From NCBI GenBank assembly GCA_041483195.1, contig JBGPFC010000003.1, forward strand, positions 141,497-205,496: a DNA stretch of 64,000 bases, read 5' to 3'. Under the pieces are notes generated by a model. The model was given only the letters and a program-made list of their open reading frames with translations, ran no database searches and had not been told where the DNA came from. Both the position numbers and the translations under genes were made by a program. Below, piece after piece: positions 59,812 to 64,000 of the stretch. Each line of letters opens with the position of its first letter. The first letter of the stretch is position 1. The stretch is from Candidatus Eiseniibacteriota bacterium. Its GTDB lineage: Bacteria; Eisenbacteria; RBG-16-71-46.

Positions 59812-61356
59812 ATGAAGCCGCTCGTTCCTGGCAAGTACCGCATCGTCCCGGGCAAGGACTTCGGCACTCCTAAGGAAGTCTGGGGATTCCGCACCGCGCC
59901 GCGCGCCGGCAAGCCGCCCGCGATCGCGCACGAGTTCGTCACGGCCAACGCGGGCCTCCTCGGCGTCGAAGGATTGATCGGCAAGCTCGGCAAGCCGCGC
60001 ATCATCGAGAGCCTGAGCGCCACGCACGTCATCTTCGCCCAGTTGCATCATCGGCTGCGCATCCATCGCTCGTTCGTCACCGTGCACGTCGACCGGCGCG
60101 GCCGCGTGTACTTCGTGAAGAGCCGCGCGGTGCCGCGCGATCGGCTGCCCGGGGCGCCGGAGTTCCGCGTCTCCGAGACACGCGCCCGCGGGGTCGCGAA
60201 GCGCCACGTCTCGTCGCGGGCGCGGCTCGCCCCGTCGAAGATCGAGCGCGTGTGGTTCTGGACGAAGACCAGGCTCCATTCCGCGTGGAAGGTTCGCATC
60301 CACCGCGCGCACCCGCGCGCCGAGTGGATCGTGTTCGTTGACGCGGAGCGCGGCACGGTGCTCCACAGCTGGGACAACATCGCGTTCGCGGGCGCGGCGC
60401 GGCGGCGCAAGCAGCGCCCGATCACGCGCCGCGCCCGCATCTTCGATCCCAATCCGGTGGTCAAGGCGCGCGGGTGGCAGCCGCTCGACGACAACGGGAA
60501 TCCGCGCAAGCCGCCCGCCGACGCGTATCGCACGGTCACGCTGCGGCGGCTCGCCAGCGCGCGGGTGCTCGATGGCGCGCGCGTCTCGACGCGGCTCACG
60601 TCGAGGCGCGTACGATCCGCCGGCGAGTTCGTGGACACGGTGAGCACGAAGCGCGGGTTCGACGAGGCGATGGCGTACTACCACGTGGACGCCGCGATCG
60701 GCCGGCTCGTGGAGCTGGGCTATCGCGGCGCTCGCGCGCTGTTCCGCGAGCCGCTCGAGGTGGACGCGCACGGCACGCGCGACGACAACTCGTGGTACAG
60801 CCCCGACCGGCGCAGCCTCACGTTCGGGACCGGCGGCGTGGACGACGCGGAGGACGCCGAGGTGATCGTCCACGAGTTCGGCCACGCGGTGCAGGACGCG
60901 ATCTGCCCCGACTTCGGCCAGTCGCACCAGGCCGCCGCGATGGGCGAAGGATTCGCCGACTACTTCGCCGCGAGCCTGTTCGCAGCGAAGAAGCCGCCGC
61001 GCTTCCTCGACAGCGTCATGTCGTGGGATGGCATCACGAACACCGACTACGACCCGCCCTGCCAGCGCCCGATGGTGAGCGAGCTGACCTTCGAGAACTT
61101 CGACGTCGCAGACGATGCAGACGAGCACGAGAACGGCATGATCTGGTCGGCCACGCTGTGGGACATATGGAAGGCGCTCACCCGCAGGATCGCCGACCCC
61201 ATCATCGTCGAGAGCCACTTCCAGCTCGACGGCTTCACCACGTTCGCGCGCGGGGCGCGCGCGATCCTCGATGCCGATCGCAATCTGTATCGCGGCGCGC
61301 ACGTTCGCACGCTGCTCGGCATCTTCCACCGCCGTGGGATCGGGCCGGTGGAGTAG
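59812..61356 (+). CDS. Zinc metallopeptidase, fungalysin (M36)/M4-like, with FTP/PepSY propeptide
   Basis: AGGAG RBS; DAEDAEVIVHEFGH, AMGEGFADY, EHENGMIWSATLWD; PepSY-like W.V...VFVDAERG.V. Confidence 0.85.
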   Translation: MKPLVPGKYRIVPGKDFGTPKEVWGFRTAPRAGKPPAIAHEFVTANAGLLGVEGLIGKLGKPRIIESLSATHVIFAQLHHRLRIHRSFVTVHVDRRGRVYFVKSRAVPRDRLPGAPEFRVSETRARGVAKRHVSSRARLAPSKIERVWFWTKTRLHSAWKVRIHRAHPRAEWIVFVDAERGTVLHSWDNIAFAGAARRRKQRPITRRARIFDPNPVVKARGWQPLDDNGNPRKPPADAYRTVTLRRLASARVLDGARVSTRLTSRRVRSAGEFVDTVSTKRGFDEAMAYYHVDAAIGRLVELGYRGARALFREPLEVDAHGTRDDNSWYSPDRRSLTFGTGGVDDAEDAEVIVHEFGHAVQDAICPDFGQSHQAAAMGEGFADYFAASLFAAKKPPRFLDSVMSWDGITNTDYDPPCQRPMVSELTFENFDVADDADEHENGMIWSATLWDIWKALTRRIADPIIVESHFQLDGFTTFARGARAILDADRNLYRGAHVRTLLGIFHRRGIGPVE

Positions 61357-61429
61357 CGCGGGCGCGGGAGCGGCCTGCGGAATGCGGGCGGCGTCTCAGG
61401 GCCGGAGCGCTCGCCGCCCGCGGCTGGCC

Positions 61430-62803
61430 TCAGTCGCCGTCGGCGATCCCTCGCAGGTCCACGGTGTCGCGTCCGTCGAGATCGCGCAGCGTGGCGGCCA
61501 GCGGCTCCCACAGATCGGAGAGCGCGATGAACGCGAGGTCGCCCTCGGGCGGCAGGTCGTCGAGATACACGGGGTCGCTCGCGTGCACGAACTCCCCGCG
61601 GAAGCGCGACTCGTAGCGGGTGCGGCCCGAGCTTTTCGCCGCGCGGTCGAGGAACTTGGGCAGCGTCAGCGAGCCGAACTTCTCCTTCCACTCGCCCTCG
61701 ACGCCCTTCGCGCGATCGGGGTCGGCGGCCTTCGCGTCAGGGGGCACCAGGCAGTAGTCGTCGCAGTTGCCGGACGGCTGGAAGCGCGTGTACACGGTGC
61801 GCGCGACCACGCTCCGGTCGTCGCCGCGATGCGCGAGCGGCGTCTCCTCGTCGATGTCGATCACCTCGAACTCGAAGCTCACCGTGATCGTGCGCTCGCG
61901 CCGCACCGCCTCGAAGCGTTGCTCCTCGAAGCGATCGCGCGTCGGGCCCTCCGCGTTCTTCACGCCCGGCACCTTGTGGAAGATGGTCTCGTGATAGGTG
62001 TCGTTGTTGGTCTCCGCGCGGAGCGCGTAGTAGCGGCCGATCACGATGCGCTGCGCGCCCAGCGCCCGGCCGACCTTGATGGCTGCGGCCCGGCTCATGT
62101 GGACCGCGTCGGCCATCGTGAGCTTGCCGTAGATCTGGTCGGGGCTGATCAGCCGCGTGAACGGCAGCGAGCGGATGTTGTTCAGCCGGACGACCTGGCT
62201 GTAGGTCTCCTCCATCATCTGCGGCGAGAGCGCGGAGATCGCGACCTCGTTGTTGAAGGGCAGGATCGCGACGCGCGTGACGGCCAGCGCGTAGGCGCGG
62301 TCCATGCGGGCGGCCACGTCGCGGTAGTCTGGCGAGAACTGCTGGCACTCGGTGAACTCACGGTAGGCCTGGCGCGGGCGGTGCCCGGCGAGGCTCCGCG
62401 CTCCCATGTTGTAGTACGCCCCCGCCGCGCCCGAGCGAATCTGCGCCTCGTTGGCCTCGAAGGCGCCGTCGTGCGGGAGGATGACGCGGTAGCGATTCAA
62501 CTGCGCGCGGAAGGCGTCGAGCTCGATCGACTGCTTCGCCGCGCCGATGGTGTCCACCTCGGCCAGGTTCAGCATGCGGGCCTTCGCGTCCTCCATGAGC
62601 ACTCTCCCCGCCCGCGTCATCGCGTCGCGCGCGTGCGCGTTGCCGGGCTCCTTGTCGAGCGCGCGGCGCGCCCAGTCGAACGCCTTCATGGCGTCGCCCT
62701 GCTGGAGCGACACTTCGCTGCGCCGCACCAGCTCGCTGGGCGCTGCGCACGAGAGGACCAGCAGCAGGGGAAGCCAGGCGAGCGGCTTGAAGTGCGTGCG
62801 CAT
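61430..62803 (-). CDS. Hypothetical TPR lipoprotein with CsgG/TolB-N-like domain
   Basis: GAAGGAG RBS; lipobox VLSC; TPR helices; RVAILPFNN...VGRALGAQRIVIG. Confidence 0.75.
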   Translation of the reverse strand: MRTHFKPLAWLPLLLVLSCAAPSELVRRSEVSLQQGDAMKAFDWARRALDKEPGNAHARDAMTRAGRVLMEDAKARMLNLAEVDTIGAAKQSIELDAFRAQLNRYRVILPHDGAFEANEAQIRSGAAGAYYNMGARSLAGHRPRQAYREFTECQQFSPDYRDVAARMDRAYALAVTRVAILPFNNEVAISALSPQMMEETYSQVVRLNNIRSLPFTRLISPDQIYGKLTMADAVHMSRAAAIKVGRALGAQRIVIGRYYALRAETNNDTYHETIFHKVPGVKNAEGPTRDRFEEQRFEAVRRERTITVSFEFEVIDIDEETPLAHRGDDRSVVARTVYTRFQPSGNCDDYCLVPPDAKAADPDRAKGVEGEWKEKFGSLTLPKFLDRAAKSSGRTRYESRFRGEFVHASDPVYLDDLPPEGDLAFIALSDLWEPLAATLRDLDGRDTVDLRGIADGD

Positions 62804-63020
62804 CGTGCGGTCTCCTTCGGCGCGCGGCGACCGGCAACCGGCCTCCGTGGAATGTGCGCGAATCAAGGGAGCAGGCAGCGGGAAGCCGAATGCAGTATAC
62901 ATTCGGCTTCCCGCCGGCCGCTCGTGTGGGGACACTGCAAATTTCGGCCATTCGGGGGGCCTTCTTGAGCGCTCGTAGCGGGGCCCGTGCGGAGGAGCAC
63001 ATGCGACCCATTGTCGAACG

Positions 63021-63866
63021 GTGGCACTCGTGAACGGCCCGGACTCCGGCTCGCGCTACGTCCACGGCACCCATGCCGAGGAGCAGCAGCGCCTCTCCAC
63101 GATGAACGACCTGCTGAACGACTCGTCGCTCGCGGCGCTGGCGCTGCGCGGCGGCGAGCGCGTGCTCGACCTGGGCGCGGGGCTCGGGCAGCTCACGCGC
63201 GGCATGGCCCGCGCCGCGGGTCCCTCCGGCCGCGTGATCGGGATCGAGCGGAGCGTCGAACAGATCGCCGAGGCGCGGCGCCAGGCGCGCGAAGCCGGCG
63301 AGGAGCGCCTGATCGAGCTGCGCGAGGGCGACGTGATGGCGCTCGAGCTGGCGCCCGGGGAGTGGGGCTCGTTCGACGTGGTGCACGCGCGCTTCGTCCT
63401 CGAGCACGTGCCCGATCCGCTCAGCGTGGTGCGAGCGATGGTGCGCGCCGCGAAGCCGGGCGGACGCATCGTGCTCGAGGACGACGACCACGAGGTCATG
63501 CGCCTCTGGCCAGAGCCGCCCGGCCTCGGCGCGATCTGGCACGCCTACATGCGCAGCTACGACCGCGTGGGGAACGATCCCTACATCGGGCGGCGGCTGG
63601 TCACGCTGCTCCACGATGCCGGCGCGGCGCCGCGGCGCAACCAGTGGCTGTTCTTCGGCGGCTGCTCGGGCGACGGAAGGCTCGAGCTGTTCGTGCGCAA
63701 CCTCGCGAGCATTCTCGATGGAGCGCGCGAGGCGGTGGTGGGCGGCGCGCTGCTCGACGGCGCCTGCTACGACCAGACGCTCGCGTCGATCCGCGCGTGG
63801 GGCGCGCGTCCCGACGCAGGCTTCTGGTTCGCGCGCTGCTGGGCCGAGGGCGTGCGGACCGGCTAG
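63021..63866 (+). CDS. Class I SAM-dependent methyltransferase
   Basis: YVHG....EQQRL, VLDLGAGLG, FDVVHARFVLEH, KPGGRIV. Confidence 0.92.
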   Translation: MALVNGPDSGSRYVHGTHAEEQQRLSTMNDLLNDSSLAALALRGGERVLDLGAGLGQLTRGMARAAGPSGRVIGIERSVEQIAEARRQAREAGEERLIELREGDVMALELAPGEWGSFDVVHARFVLEHVPDPLSVVRAMVRAAKPGGRIVLEDDDHEVMRLWPEPPGLGAIWHAYMRSYDRVGNDPYIGRRLVTLLHDAGAAPRRNQWLFFGGCSGDGRLELFVRNLASILDGAREAVVGGALLDGACYDQTLASIRAWGARPDAGFWFARCWAEGVRTG

Positions 63867-64000
63867 GAGCCTGTCCGAGTATTCGTCAAAGTTCTGGCGT
63901 GGACTGGTGACGGTGTGGAAGATGCGGACATGAAGACCTTCCGCCCGTACCAGCCCGATCAGCAGTTGCTGTTGCCGCCCTCCATCGAGGAGTGGCTTCC
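63867..64000 (+). mobile_element. IS1182-family insertion sequence, left end
   Basis: Begins GAGCCTGTCCGA immediately after CTAG (63863-63866); the transposase starts 63 nt inside. Confidence 0.8.
63930..64000 (+). CDS. IS1182-family transposase, N-terminus (partial)
   Basis: MKTFRPYQPDQQLLLPPSIEEWL matches the typical IS1182 start F..Y..dQ..LlPpsl.ewlp. Confidence 0.85.
   Translation, partial: MKTFRPYQPDQQLLLPPSIEEWL

Overview
Very GC-rich bacterial DNA. The many secreted proteins ending in an FlgD/T9SS-like C-terminal domain suggest an FCB-group relative such as Ca. Eisenbacteria; this is an inference. Contents in order: a TolC-MFP-RND efflux operon with an OmpR/histidine-kinase pair; envelope-modification genes; an ADP-forming acyl-CoA ligase with a site-2 protease; a large purine-catabolism region (three xanthine dehydrogenase subunits, allE, uraH, uraD, allC-like, allB); a patatin; oppABC; a run of secreted beta-propeller/CTD proteins; sugar dehydrogenase, oxidoreductase and MATE genes; an M36-like peptidase; a methyltransferase; and the left end of an IS1182-family element. 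Most notable observations: (1) a GIY-YIG nuclease-like gene is translationally coupled inside the xanthine dehydrogenase operon, whose flanking subunits carry histone-like Lys/Arg tails; (2) a 3.3 kb insert sits between two ~97% identical copies of the uraH 3' part and carries a DNA-methyltransferase remnant, a TolB-like gene and a secreted amidase; (3) six CTD-tailed secreted proteins occur, including two 12-repeat NHL propellers with position-specific hypervariability and one gene frameshifted in a G6 run; (4) a CitE/HpcH-like protein may fill a missing step of purine breakdown; (5) an unknown protein is fused to a degenerate half-ApbE domain. No rRNA, tRNA or CRISPR array was recognised. 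All calls rest on motif recognition by eye; no database search was run.
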